The position numbers and the translations under genes were made by a program. A DNA stretch of 64,000 nt from a plasmid: sequence record NZ_CP031103.1. One strand, given 5' to 3'. Shown here in pieces: positions 41,401 to 53,791 of the stretch (positions within the stretch are counted from its first letter, which is position 1; every line of letters starts with the position of its first letter). A model generated the notes under the pieces. That model saw only the letters and a program-made list of their open reading frames with translations, was not told where the DNA came from and searched no databases.

Positions 41401-43368
41401 GCGGTCATCATGCGCCCTGAGTGCATTCAGCACCTGCCAGACAACACGGTAAGCCTGATTATTGTTCAACGCATTCTCCGGCTCTTCTCCGGCGGGAATG
41501 ACAACCGGCAGAATGACGTAGCCCAGCTCCTTACCTTCAGCACGCCGCATCACACGTCCGACAGACTGCACCACATCCACCTGAGAGCTTCTCGGCGTTA
41601 AAAACAACACCGCATCCAGAGAAGGCACATCCACGCCTTCAGATAAACAACGGACGTTAGACAATATCCGGCAGACATTTTCATCCGTGTCCGCTTTCAG
41701 CCATTCAATTTTGGATTTTTTCTCAGTGGCATTCATGCTGCCGTCAACGTGCTTCACCTGACACTGAAGTTTTAATGATGGGTCAATCGCCTTATCCGGT
41801 GCGGTTTCCCTGAGAAGTTCGATCTCGGATGCCTGATAAGCCTCAACCACTGCTCCGAACATTTCCGTGATCAGTTTAGAACTGACCTTATGCGTCTTTC
41901 CGCGAAAGTCTTTTTCTATCACCTGACAGAACGCAACAGCCCGTTTCATCGCATCAGGGTGAACGCCATCTGCCCCCGCCAGTCCCTGCTTTGCCAGTGC
42001 TTTCCAGCAACCCACAATCTTTGCCGCATCATCGACTTTGAGCTGATTATTTTCATCCTTCAGCAGAGACTGAATGCGGCGGCTGACATGCTTTTCTTCC
42101 ACGGCAAGCACAATAACTTTGTAATCACACAAAATGCCCAACTGGACGGCTTTAGAGAAGGTAATGACATACAAATCATCCCCATAAAGACTTTTGTCAT
42201 CCATTGAGCATAGGGTAACTCCCTCAGTCTCTTTCGCATCATCTCCAAAAATTCGTGGGGTCGCGGTCATGTACAGGCGTTTTTGACCGGCAATATAGGC
42301 ATTGTCGTGAATACGAACAAAGGCAGACTCATCATCCCCTTCAAAGGTGGCACCCGTTGTACGGTGGGCTTCATCACAAATGATGAAATCAAACGCAGGA
42401 AAACCCAGCTTTTGCGCCTGATGGATAACCTCAACAGAGTGGTAGGTAGAAAACACCACGTTCATATAAGGCGGCTTATCACTGCCGAAAATATCCGGCT
42501 GATTAAACGCTTTGACGAGGCTGTTCGCATTCGTGGTCGCCGGATATTTCAGGTCGCTGATACCAACAACGACATTGTCATCATGGTTTTTCTTACCCAC
42601 ATCACTGTCAGAGCAGACAGCAAAACAGCGCAGGTCTATCAGCGTATCCTGTGTCCATTCATCCAGCGTCTGACTCAACAATGCCAGACTGGGCACAAGG
42701 AACAGTACGGTTTTACCTCTTCCGGCAACGGCTTCAGCAATACGCAGAGAGGTGAAGGTTTTTCCTGTGCCGCACGCCATAATGAGCTTGCCCCGATCGG
42801 CAGTCGCCAGCCCTCTTTTAACGGCTTCAAGCGCGGGAGTCTGATGAGGCCGGAGTTGCTTTTTGGCTTTCATCACCGGCTTGTATGCCGGATCAAAATC
42901 GAATTGTGACCAGTCCAGTGCACTTTGTTCAAGGTCTGTCAGGCTTAACGCAGTGACAGGAACGGCCTTGTCACGCAGCATGTTTTTGGCTTCTTCCGTC
43001 CAGTTGTCCGTAGAGGCAACGATATAGCGAAGCGTAAAATACGTTTTATCGGAGGCAGCCAGAAAACTATCAATATCCTTTTTGGCGATTTTAGTCTGAT
43101 TGTAGTTTTTGCACTGGATAGCATGAAACTCCCCCGTTTTGGTTACGGCGACCAAATCAATGCCATCATCTTTTTTCTTCGTGATCCCAACGGTTTCACC
43201 GTACTGAGAAACCCATCCGCCATAGCTCAGCACGTCACTGTACAGCTCGGCATATTTAGGTTCATGGAGGAAATACTGCACACAAAGGTTTTCAAAGGTT
43301 GTACCTTTGTCCCGCTGTGTTGGTGAAGCCTGTTCAATTTTTGTCAGCAATGCAGAAAGTGCATTCAT
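38479..43368 (-). CDS. single-polypeptide Type ISP-like restriction-modification enzyme (1629 aa): N-terminal Mrr-like PD-(D/E)xK nuclease, SF2 DEAH ATPase, gamma-class N6-adenine MTase (NPPY), C-terminal target-recognition region
   Basis: DDGIDLVAVTKTGEFHAIQCK; MACGTGKTFTS / ICDEAHR / QSVGRVMRR; DPFTGTGTF and IIGNPPYSSG; AT-rich island. Confidence 0.7.
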   Translation of the reverse strand: MNALSALLTKIEQASPTQRDKGTTFENLCVQYFLHEPKYAELYSDVLSYGGWVSQYGETVGITKKKDDGIDLVAVTKTGEFHAIQCKNYNQTKIAKKDIDSFLAASDKTYFTLRYIVASTDNWTEEAKNMLRDKAVPVTALSLTDLEQSALDWSQFDFDPAYKPVMKAKKQLRPHQTPALEAVKRGLATADRGKLIMACGTGKTFTSLRIAEAVAGRGKTVLFLVPSLALLSQTLDEWTQDTLIDLRCFAVCSDSDVGKKNHDDNVVVGISDLKYPATTNANSLVKAFNQPDIFGSDKPPYMNVVFSTYHSVEVIHQAQKLGFPAFDFIICDEAHRTTGATFEGDDESAFVRIHDNAYIAGQKRLYMTATPRIFGDDAKETEGVTLCSMDDKSLYGDDLYVITFSKAVQLGILCDYKVIVLAVEEKHVSRRIQSLLKDENNQLKVDDAAKIVGCWKALAKQGLAGADGVHPDAMKRAVAFCQVIEKDFRGKTHKVSSKLITEMFGAVVEAYQASEIELLRETAPDKAIDPSLKLQCQVKHVDGSMNATEKKSKIEWLKADTDENVCRILSNVRCLSEGVDVPSLDAVLFLTPRSSQVDVVQSVGRVMRRAEGKELGYVILPVVIPAGEEPENALNNNQAYRVVWQVLNALRAHDDRFDAMINKLEFNGKDTGRMEVIAVADKVVKKTKRQTKKSEIAGKARKSSGIGSAVSPAPEQFDIEFSVGEIERALYAKIVKKCGNRHHWEDWANDIAKIARTHIDRIHGILENPGNKIEISAFRAFADELRDDLNNSVSDDEIIEMLAQHLITKPVFDALFADYNFTDHNPMSMAMQNVLNTLQEHHLEKEASTLNSFYESVKMRADGITTAEGKQQIIVQLYDKFFRNAFPRMTERLGIVYTPVEVVDFIIHSVNDVLKQEFGQTLADKGVHILDPFTGTGTFITRLLQSGLIPSDKLAYKFKNEIHANEIVLLAYYIAAINIEAVYHGITEESEYTPFEGICLTDTFEMYEKDDLVSAVLVDNSERRKRQKALDIRVIIGNPPYSSGQSVGNDNNANVKYPLLDKRIELTYAKYTTATLKSSLYDSYIRAIRWASDRIGEQGVIGFVTNGGYIDSNSADGLRKCLAEEFSSLYFFHLRGNARTSGEVRRKEKDNVFGQGTRTPIVIAILVKNPVATQTGQIYFHDIGDYLTKEEKLETISDFGSIDGIEKTHGWQKITPDAYNDWLNQRDDSFNDFIELGSKKNKSAFFVFENYSNGVKTNRDAWCYQYSLSSLKKNISRMIHFYNEEVERYSKYNGTDEPKDFVILDSKRMSWTREVFNDVSKGYYHDISNDDFRVSLYRPFTKQHMYFNRHFNNCVYQMPQIFPSNESDNVIICITGLGGKKGFSAIISNCIFDLNSMDAGAQCFPLYLYSKKQLSDDVERFDAITDDCLKLFNDFYSGANIIKKEDIFYYIYGLLHSEEYRFRYADNLTKELPRIPCVKKFDDFLIFSNFGRELAELHLKYETVEPYKADIDTGSLSYSQLSKDDFYVEKMKFAKKGEKDTVIYNSKIRIKNIPIEAYDYIVNGKPALEWVMERQGVSTHKDSGIVNDANDWAIETMDNPRYPLELFLRVITVSLETQKIVNNLPKLDI

Positions 43369-43709
43369 CGTTGATATCCTTAATGTCCTTTATTTGCTGG
43401 GGTTATCAGATCCCCCCGACACGTTTAATTAATGCTTTCTCCGCCGGAGATCGACGCACAGCGTTCTGTGCTCTATGATGTTATTTCTTAATAATCATCC
43501 AGGTATTCTCTTTATCCCCTTTATCACCATACGTAGTGCGAGTGTCCACCTTAACGCAGGGCTTTCCGTCACAGCGCGATATGTCAGCCAGCGGGGCTTT
43601 CTTTTGCCAGACCGCTTCCATCCTCTGCATTTGGGGTTTGAGGAGTAACGGAACAGTAAACGCCGTTAAGAAGTCAATTTAAATAGCCATTAATATACTA
43701 ATCAATAAA

Positions 43710-45040
43710 TTACCCCTCTTCATTGAAAACTCTCAGCTCCCCCTTACTGACGGATTCCGGCACTGTAAATGAATAGCGGGACTCCTTGTATTTGATGCCC
43801 AGCATCTTGATAGCCACCATCACCAGCGACAGGTGCTCCGGATCTTTCATGGCAAGCCGGGCCATTTCGGCATCGGTCGCCAGCGCCTGGAAGCCCATCG
43901 AGAAGACCTCTGTTCTAGTTGTGCCCTCAATGCCCAGTTCGCCGTAGACCTTGCCCACATAACCGGTTCGGCGCGTTTATCGGTGTGCCGTAAGGCAGGT
44001 TGACAGTCGTGGCCAGTTTGTTGGTGACTTTCACTTTGCCGACGAGGGGTCCGGCCCGGTTCACGACGGGAGGACGGCAGATCGGGAAGGTCACTGGCGC
44101 GGGTGGTTCGACCCACGCCCAGGCGGCTGCTACGCGCGCGCTCAGGACCCGACTGGCGGCTCTTTCTGCGCGGGCCGGTTTCCCTGTCTGCAGTACGGCC
44201 AAACGGTCTCTTACCCCTGCCTTTGGTACCCTTCCGGCCCTTACGGCCACGCTTATCCCCCCTTTCACCGATCCAGTCCTTCACCTTGTCACCGACCACA
44301 TCGGTCAGGCTGCGCGGCTTCGTTTTGGACGAATCAATCAGCGCGTCCAGACGGTCGATCACCTCGCTGTGCTGCTCTTTGCTCTGCGCATCCTCCTTAC
44401 GGCGGATCGCGTCCAGGCGGGCGCTTTCGGTTTGCTCCTGGTTTTTCTTCTCCCCGATCCCGATGGTGCTGGCGGGCTTCGGTTCGGCGTTGGCCGCATT
44501 CGCTGGTGTGGCTGGTGGCGTGTCCGGCGTGGCATCACCCGCGCCCGGTTCGCTCCCGGCCTGTCCGCCAAACGGCCGCTTGAGCGCGCCCCATAGCTTC
44601 AGCGCCTTATCTTTGGCGTAGGCTTTAGCGCGCTTCGTACTGCTGATATCACGCTCGGAAAGCGCTTCCTTGACCTCATCCGCCATACCTTTGGCTTCTT
44701 TGGCGGCCATCCAGAAAGAACTTCCCACGGCCACGCCTGCAGTATCTGCCGCCTCGGTTCCGGCCAGTTGGTTTCCATCCTTGCCACCCAGCAGACCTAC
44801 CGCCCGTTTCAGCAGTGACGATGAGCCACCAGCTGATGACTCCTCATCGTCGTCGCCGCGACTGGAGCTGCGGTTAAAGCGGCGGATCTCCACCTTGTTG
44901 GCAAAGCGGCCGTCATCACCCAAATAAAATCCGTTGGCGCGGTTGCCATTCCGTGGTGGTGAATCGGCGACAGTGCGTGCGGGTTTTGGTGTCGCGGGTG
45001 CAGCCTCATCGGTCAGGTGGAGTGCATCGGTCCTTGGCAC
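43710..45040 (-). CDS. Ala/Gly/Lys-rich hypothetical protein; 397-aa ORF with out-of-frame C-terminus, probably continuing in 43710-43958 ORF (frameshift about 43850-43960)
   Basis: Overlapping same-strand ORFs; low-complexity composition. Confidence 0.35.
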
Positions 45041-45090
45041 ATCGCCCCGTAAATCAGCAGCAATACACGGGACTCGTCACGCAGCTGAGC

Positions 45091-45480
45091 CTAGTCGATT
45101 TCATATACCGCCTTACCGTTGTCGCCCGGGTAATACAGACCGCCCATTGCCGTCAGCGCGCGGTAACGCTCCATGGCCAGCGCGAGAACCGGCCGATCGT
45201 CAGCTGTCTTGTCATCGAGGCGCACGCGGTAACCCAGACCGGTCATCAGCCCCGTCGGGTCCTCAATCATGATCGTGGCATCGAACGCGCCTGACGCGTT
45301 ACGCACCGCCATAGCTTACAGACGCTCGCGGATCTTCACAATCGAGCCTGGTAGTGGTGTCAGGGCGATAACGTGAAGGGCGTTGGTGGTGAGCGTACCG
45401 GTCAGCATGACAGGTGCCTGCCGGGTGGCCAGTGAGACGGCCACTACGTTAATGGGCGCAGATGTTGATTGACTCAAAGT
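45091..45480 (-). CDS. hypothetical protein(s); two ORFs in the same frame separated by a single TAA (45313-45315)
   Basis: Manual translation. Confidence 0.3.
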
Positions 45481-45867
45481 TTGCCCCTTAAAAAAAGAGC
45501 GCCCGAAGGCGCCTAAACCGTTACCGTTAATGAGTCGAAAATAGAACGGAATTACTACAACAGAGGTGACGGCTCCTATCGTCTTTCGGGCCGTCAAAAT
45601 CAATGTTACACAACAAGGTTAGGATGTGTAAATTGCCAATAACCCCAGTTTGTGACACCGCGCACGCATGAAGGGCGGGGCGCCTCGCAGCCATGTCGGG
45701 CTGGTGGCCAGCGCCGCGAACCGAACACAACACGGAAAAAGCATTGTATTTGCTCGCGTCATCCTCTACGAATTCCTTGCTTCTTGATGCGGACCTGCTG
45801 CAAAGCAGGACACCGGCTCAATTACGACCCCCTGGCCTCGGCCGGGGGTTTTCGTTTCTACGGCCGG

Positions 45868-46544
45868 TTACGCCGTCTTATCAGCCTCACCACCCTGACG
45901 TTTCTTCGCCGCGCGGCTGCGTGATTTCCGCGGGACTTCTGTCGGTTTCTCCTCCGCATTATCTGCCTCCACGGGCGGCGCCGGTTGTGCCACTTCAGGC
46001 TCCACTACCGCCGGGTTCGGGTTACCTGCTGCGAGTGTAGCCATCCGCTGGGCGATAAATTGATGGCGGTCATAGTCCGCAATGTCCTTCATGCGACCCA
46101 GCGTAGCGTTGAGATTGCCGTTGCGGGACATATGGACACAGCCCAGCATCCCATCAGCATTTCATTCACTGGCGTCTGGTCAACACGGACTTCGCCGATC
46201 GAACGGGCGACGGCATCGAGCACAACTTCGAAGTGATCCGGGCTGAGACGGAAGATAGCCACCATCAGGCTGGAAATGGCGTTTGCTACACCAACAGAGA
46301 GGGGATCACGGCCGTGGGACTTGTCAGCCACCGCGTTATTGACGCAGTGCTGCAGGAAGTTGCCTGCCATCGCGCTGCGCAGGACCTCTGACGGGTCTGC
46401 CTCTTCCATGGCCTGGGCCGATTCTGGCAGTGGATTCGGGTCCTGTGGTGGCAATGGCTGCAGGTCGGTTTCAGCAATGACTTCTGGCTGAGTTAATTCT
46501 TGCATGATTATTCCTTTCGGGGCTGGGTTATTTACACTACACAA
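45868..46544 (-). CDS. hypothetical acidic protein, split into two overlapping ORFs (frameshift about 46090-46150)
   Basis: ORF track. Confidence 0.35.
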
Positions 46545-46657
46545 TTATGATCTGCGTCTTAGGATGTTTTGTGCAGCATATCTGTCTGTAAGTCCTGAGC
46601 AAGGGGCCTTTTGTCTTTAAGCGTTAATGGCCACCAGCTCATACACTCGGAGAGCGC

Positions 46658-47536
46658 ATGATCCTGACCCAACCGAAAAAGACCGCTGTGCTGTACCACA
46701 ACGACGCCGACGGCTTCGCGTCAGCCCTTGCCGCCTGGCTTAGATACGGCGAGGAGGCCCATTACATCCCGGTTCGCTACGGTGAGCCGGTACCGCCGCT
46801 GCCGAACGGTACCCTCGAGGTATTCATCCTTGATTTCAGCTACAACCGCAAGACGTGTGACCATCTGGCCAGCAAGTACCTCCTGCAGGTGATCGATCAC
46901 CACCAGACCGCGCGTGACGAACTGGCCGGGGCCGTGTATGCCATCTTCGACATGAGTCGCGCCGGTTGTGAGCTCGCCTGGGCGTTTTTCCACCCGGATA
47001 AGCCGCTGCCGGACCTGCTGGCCTACGTCGCCGATCGGGATTTGTGGAAATGGGCGCTGCCGAACTCGCAGGAGGTCAACGCCTGGGTGGCCATCCTGCC
47101 GCCGACCTTCGAACGCTGGGCGGAGGTGCTGCGCGACGGCATCGGTGAGCGGGAAATGACGATGGGCTCGGCGTTGCTGGCCAACCAGGAGCGCCAGCTG
47201 CACGCCCTGGCCCGACAGGCCCGGTTTACCATCTTGTTCGGCAAACCGGCCGCCGTGGTGAACAGTGCGCTGCTGCATTCCGAGCTGGGCCACCTGCTGG
47301 CCACTATGCACCCGCAGCTGGCGCTGGTGGCGGTGTATAACGATCTGCCGGACGGCTCGCGTAAGTATTCCCTGCGTACCCACCGTGACAACCTCGATGT
47401 GAGCGCGCTGGCGCGCCAGTTCGGAGGCGGTGGCCATCGCCGGGCAGCGGGCTTCGTCCTGCCAGCTAACCTGGAGCAGCGGCTCGGCGGCGAACTGGCC
47501 ACGAACCTGCAGGCGGCAAAAGGAGTCGAATCATGA
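46658..47536 (+). CDS. DHH/DHHA1-family phosphoesterase (NrnA-like)
   Basis: DHH motif (VIDHHQT) and DHHA1 GGGH motif (FGGGGHRRAAG). Confidence 0.7.
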   Translation: MILTQPKKTAVLYHNDADGFASALAAWLRYGEEAHYIPVRYGEPVPPLPNGTLEVFILDFSYNRKTCDHLASKYLLQVIDHHQTARDELAGAVYAIFDMSRAGCELAWAFFHPDKPLPDLLAYVADRDLWKWALPNSQEVNAWVAILPPTFERWAEVLRDGIGEREMTMGSALLANQERQLHALARQARFTILFGKPAAVVNSALLHSELGHLLATMHPQLALVAVYNDLPDGSRKYSLRTHRDNLDVSALARQFGGGGHRRAAGFVLPANLEQRLGGELATNLQAAKGVES

Positions 47537-47769
47537 TCGGCTGGCTGAAGGAAAGGATCAAATGGTGGGTAGACGGTAAAGAAATGGCGGAGCTCAACCG
47601 CTGGCGCTTCCAGCATAACTATTACCGCTTGTGCCTGTATGACATTCAGCCGATACGCGAAACGCTGGAAAGCCTGCAGGCCCGGGTAAACATGAAGTCC
47701 GTAGACTTCGGCCCTGGGCCTTATGGTGTAGACGGTATCCGGGCTCGCTGGCAGGCAACCCGTAAATAA
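47533..47769 (+). CDS. hypothetical protein coupled (ATGA) to DHH gene
   Basis: ORF. Confidence 0.4.
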   Translation: MIGWLKERIKWWVDGKEMAELNRWRFQHNYYRLCLYDIQPIRETLESLQARVNMKSVDFGPGPYGVDGIRARWQATRK

Positions 47770-47948
47770 ATACGAAATAATATAATTGCATTACAAATAA
47801 GTCTTACTTGTAACTATTATTGCGAGTAAGACTTTAATTATGCCGCCGTCTGCTGGCGATGGTAATAGCTATGCGTAATAACATCCGTATCTGCTTAATA
47901 ACTTCTCTTTTAACGCTCTCTACGTTGAATAGTCATGCCTTCGATATT

Positions 47949-48716
47949 GGGTAATGACTCCAACTTATTGATAGTGTTTTATGTTCAGATAATGCCCGAT
48001 GACTTTGTCATGCAGCTCCACCGATTTTGAGAACGACAGCGACTTCCGTCCCAGCCGTGCCAGGTGCTGCCTCAGATTCAGGTTATGCCGCTCAATTCGC
48101 TGCGTATATCGCTTGCTGATTACGTGCAGCTTTCCCTTCAGGCGGGATTCATACAGCGGCCAGCCATCCGTCATCCATATCACCACGTCAAAGGGTGACA
48201 GCAGGCTCATAAGACGCCCAGCGTCGCCATAGTGCGTTCACCGAATACGTGCGCAACAACCGTCTTCCGGAGCCTGTCATACGCGTAAAACAGCCAGCGC
48301 TGGCGCGATTTAGCCCCGACATAGCCCCACTGTTCGTCCATTTCCGCGCAGACGATGACGTCACTGCCCGGCTGTATGCGCGAGGTTACCGACTGCGGCC
48401 TGAGTTTTTTAAGTGACGTAAAATCGTGTTGAGGCCAACGCCCATAATGCGGGCGGTTGCCCGGCATCCAACGCCATTCATGGCCATATCAATGATTTTC
48501 TGGTGCGTACCGGGTTGAGAAGCGGTGTAAGTGAACTGCAGTTGCCATGTTTTACGGCAGTGAGAGCAGAGATAGCGCTGATGTCCGGCGGTGCTTTTGC
48601 CGTTACGCACCACCCCGTCAGTAGCTGAACAGGAGGGACAGCTGATAGAAACAGAAGCCACAGGAGCACCTCAAAAATACCATCATACACTAAATCAGTA
48701 AGTTGGCAGCATCACC
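47949..48716 (-). mobile_element. insAB: IS1 copy 3; insB split by a 1-bp deletion in a C-run (about 48217)
   Basis: Compared with copy 2: gcccc vs gccc. Confidence 0.85.
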
Positions 48717-48817
48717 GAAGGCAGGATAGATTTGTTAATCGCGATCGGAGATCATCAGTCACAACAGAGCTCCCTGCGTTATGAGGGGTCGTCTCAGAAT
48801 TCGGAAAATAAAGCACG

Positions 48818-49273
48818 CTAAGGCGTAGTCACCCCGTGACTCCCCCGCGCCGATGCAGCGAGCTTCGTTCCGTCTTGCAGTGACGCAATCAGCGGGCAGG
48901 AAACGTTCCCTTTCCGCGCATGGCAGGCGCACACCAGTTCAGACAGCACGGCCTCCATGCGTGCCAAGTCGGCCATCTTCTCGCGCACATCCTTGAGCTT
49001 GTGCTCGGCCAGGCCGCTGGCTTCCTCGCAATGGGTGCCATCCTCCAGCCGCAGTAGCTCGGCGATTTCGTCCAGGCTAAAGCCCAGCCGCTGGGCCGAT
49101 TTCACGAACCGCACTCGTGTTACATCCGCCTCGCCATAGCGGCGAATGCTGCCATAGGGCTTGTCTGGCTCCGGCAGCAGGCCCTTGCGCTGGTAGAACC
49201 GGATGGTCTCCACATTGACCCCGGCCGCCTTGGCAAAAACGCCAATGGTCAGATTCTCAAAATTAATTTGCAT
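48818..49273 (-). CDS. merR: MerR mercuric-responsive regulator
   Basis: Family recognition; stop codon inside IR as in Tn21/Tn501. Confidence 0.9.
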   Translation of the reverse strand: MQINFENLTIGVFAKAAGVNVETIRFYQRKGLLPEPDKPYGSIRRYGEADVTRVRFVKSAQRLGFSLDEIAELLRLEDGTHCEEASGLAEHKLKDVREKMADLARMEAVLSELVCACHARKGNVSCPLIASLQDGTKLAASARGSHGVTTP

Positions 49274-49344
49274 ATCGCTTGACTCCGTACATAACTACGG
49301 AAGTAAGCTTAAGCTATCCAAACCAAATTTGAAAGGACAAGCGT

Positions 49345-49740
49345 ATGTCTGAACCACAAAAGTCTGAACCACAAAAGTCTGAACCACAAAAGTCTGAACC
49401 ACAAAACGGGCGCGGCGCGCTCTTCGCCGGTGGGCTGGCCGCCATTCTTGCGTCGGCCTGCTGCCTGGGGCCGCTGGTTTTGATCGCCTTGGGGTTCAGC
49501 GGGGCATGGATCGGCAACCTGACGGTGCTGGAACCCTATCGCCCGATCTTCATCGGCGCAGCGCTGGTCGCGCTGTTTTTCGCCTGGCGGCGCATCTACC
49601 GCCCGGCGCAAGCCTGCAAACCGGGTGAGGTCTGCGCGATTCCCCAAGTGCGAGCTACTTACAAGCTCATTTTCTGGATCGTGGCCGCGCTGGTCCTGGT
49701 CTCGCTCGGATTTCCCTACGTCATGCCATTTTTCTATTAA
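49345..49740 (+). CDS. merT: MerT mercuric transport protein with N-terminal 3x extra SEPQK repeat
   Basis: Otherwise canonical MerT (MSEPQNGRGALFAGGLAAILASACCLGPLV...). Confidence 0.9.
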   Translation: MSEPQKSEPQKSEPQKSEPQNGRGALFAGGLAAILASACCLGPLVLIALGFSGAWIGNLTVLEPYRPIFIGAALVALFFAWRRIYRPAQACKPGEVCAIPQVRATYKLIFWIVAALVLVSLGFPYVMPFFY

Positions 49741-49755
49741 TCACAGGAGTTCATC

Positions 49756-50031
49756 ATGAAAAAACTGTTTGCCGCCCTCGCCCTCGCTGCCGTTGTTGCC
49801 CCCGTGTGGGCCGCCACCCAGACCGTCACGCTGTCCGTGCCTGGCATGACCTGCGCCTCTTGCCCGATCACTGTCAAGCACGCGCTTTCCAAGGTTGAGG
49901 GCGTGAGCAAGACCGACGTAAGTTTCGACAAGCGCCAGGCCGTCGTCACCTTCGACGATGCCAAGACCAACGTCCAGAAGTTGACCAAGGCGACCGAGGA
50001 CGCGGGCTATCCGTCCAGCCTCAAACGCTGA
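49756..50031 (+). CDS. merP: MerP periplasmic mercury-binding protein
   Basis: GMTCASCP motif. Confidence 0.9.
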   Translation: MKKLFAALALAAVVAPVWAATQTVTLSVPGMTCASCPITVKHALSKVEGVSKTDVSFDKRQAVVTFDDAKTNVQKLTKATEDAGYPSSLKR

Positions 50032-50058
50032 TCCGTTAACCGAACTCGGGAGCGACAC

Positions 50059-52208
<2,150 letters not shown>

Positions 52209-52225
52209 GGAAAAGGAGGTGTTCA

Positions 52226-52591
52226 ATGAGCGCCTACACAGTGTCCCGGCTGGCCCTTGATGCCGGGGTGAGCGTGCATATCGTGCGCGACTACCTGCTG
52301 CGCGGATTGCTACGGCCGGTCGCGTACACCACGGGCGGCTACGGCTTGTTCGATGACACCGCGTTGCAACGGCTGCGCTTTGTACGGGCTGCCTTCGAAG
52401 CGGGTATCGGCCTGGACGCACTGGCGCGGCTGTGCCGGGCGCTGGATGCTGCGGACGGTGACGGTGCGTCTGCGCAGCTTGCCGTGTTGCGGCAACTCGT
52501 CGAGCGTCGGCGCGAGGCCCTGGCCAGCCTCGAAATGCAACTGGCCGCCATGCCAACCGAACCGGCACAGCACGCGGAGAGTCTGCCATGA
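52226..52591 (+). CDS. merD: MerD secondary regulator
   Basis: Family recognition. Confidence 0.85.
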
Positions 52592-52824
52592 ACAGCCCAG
52601 AGCACTTGCCGTCTGAGACGCACAAACCGATCACCGGCTACTTGTGGGGCGCGCTGGCCGTGCTCACCTGTCCCTGCCATTTGCCGATTCTCGCCATTGT
52701 GCTAGCCGGCACGACGGCCGGCGCGTTCATCGGGGAGCACTGGGGTATTGCAGCCCTCACGCTGACCGGCTTGTTTGTCCTGTCTGTGACGCGGCTGCTG
52801 CGGGCCTTCAAGGGAAGATCATGA
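52588..52824 (+). CDS. merE: MerE
   Basis: 78-aa membrane protein after merD. Confidence 0.85.
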
Positions 52825-52889
52825 CCGCTTCCCAGCCAGCCGAGAGTGGGCAGCTTTGAGCTTCGCTACCAATCTGGAGGAGTACCACC

Positions 52890-53102
52890 ATGAACGCAAA
52901 CGCCCCGAACACTGCCAGTTGCACCACCTGCTGCGTATGCTGCAAAGAAATTCCGCTCGATGCCGCCTTCACCCCGGAAGGCGCGGAATACGTCGAACAT
53001 TTCTGCGGGCTGGATTGCTATGAACGCTTCCAGGCACGCGCCAAGGCCGCGACAGAATCTGACATTGCGCCTGTCCCTGGCGGTTCGCAGCCGTCAGATT
53101 GA
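52890..53102 (+). CDS. small Cys-rich ORF at the urf2 position
   Basis: ORF between merE and res. Confidence 0.4.
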   Translation: MNANAPNTASCTTCCVCCKEIPLDAAFTPEGAEYVEHFCGLDCYERFQARAKAATESDIAPVPGGSQPSD

Positions 53103-53234
53103 GGCATACCCTAACTTGATGTCAGATGCCATGTGCAAACGATGTCAGAATAGAGTTAAATTTCCTATTGATTGACATATTCCGTCAAAGGTAATAGATT
53201 TCATCCTGACACTTTTGCCTTTGGAGGCATCTTG
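53103..53234. promoter_or_regulatory. res site region upstream of tnpR
   Basis: Position in Tn21-family organisation. Confidence 0.5.
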
Positions 53235-53789
53235 CAAGGTCAACGCATCGGCTATGTCCGCGTCAGCAGCTTCGACCAGAACCCGGAACGGCAATTGGAG
53301 GGTGTTCAGGTGGCGCGGGTGTTCACCGACAAGGCTTCTGGCAAGGACACCCAGCGTCCCGAGCTGGAAAGGCTGCTGGCCTTCGTCCGCGAGGGCGACA
53401 CCGTGGTGGTGCATAGCATGGACAGGCTGGCACGCAACCTTGATGACCTGCGCCGCATCGTCCAAGGGCTGACACAACGGGGCGTGCGCATGGAGTTCGT
53501 CAAAGAAGGGCTGAAGTTCACCGGCGAGGACTCACCGATGGCCAATCTGATGCTGTCGGTCATGGGAGCCTTCGCTGAGTTCGAGCGCGCCCTGATCCGC
53601 GAACGTCAGCGCGAGGGAATCGTGCTGGCCAAGCAGCGCGGTGCCTACCGGGGACGAAAGAAATCGCTGAACAGCGAACAAATTGCCGAGTTGAAACGGC
53701 GAGTTGCGGCAGGCGACCAAAAAACCTTGGTGGCCCGTGACTTCGGCATCAGCCGCGAAACCTTGTACCAGTACCTGCGGGAAGACTGA
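53235..53789 (+). CDS. tnpR: TnpR resolvase (Tn21 family)
   Basis: YVRVSS catalytic serine. Confidence 0.9.
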   Translation, partial: QGQRIGYVRVSSFDQNPERQLEGVQVARVFTDKASGKDTQRPELERLLAFVREGDTVVVHSMDRLARNLDDLRRIVQGLTQRGVRMEFVKEGLKFTGEDSPMANLMLSVMGAFAEFERALIRERQREGIVLAKQRGAYRGRKKSLNSEQIAELKRRVAAGDQKTLVARDFGISRETLYQYLRED

Positions 53790-53791
53790 CC

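Noticed and set aside
44000-44927. Several long plus-strand ORFs (198, 172, 85 aa)
   Set aside because: All overlap the minus-strand 43847-45040 gene in a very GC-rich, low-complexity region and have Arg/Pro/Ala-rich random-looking composition.
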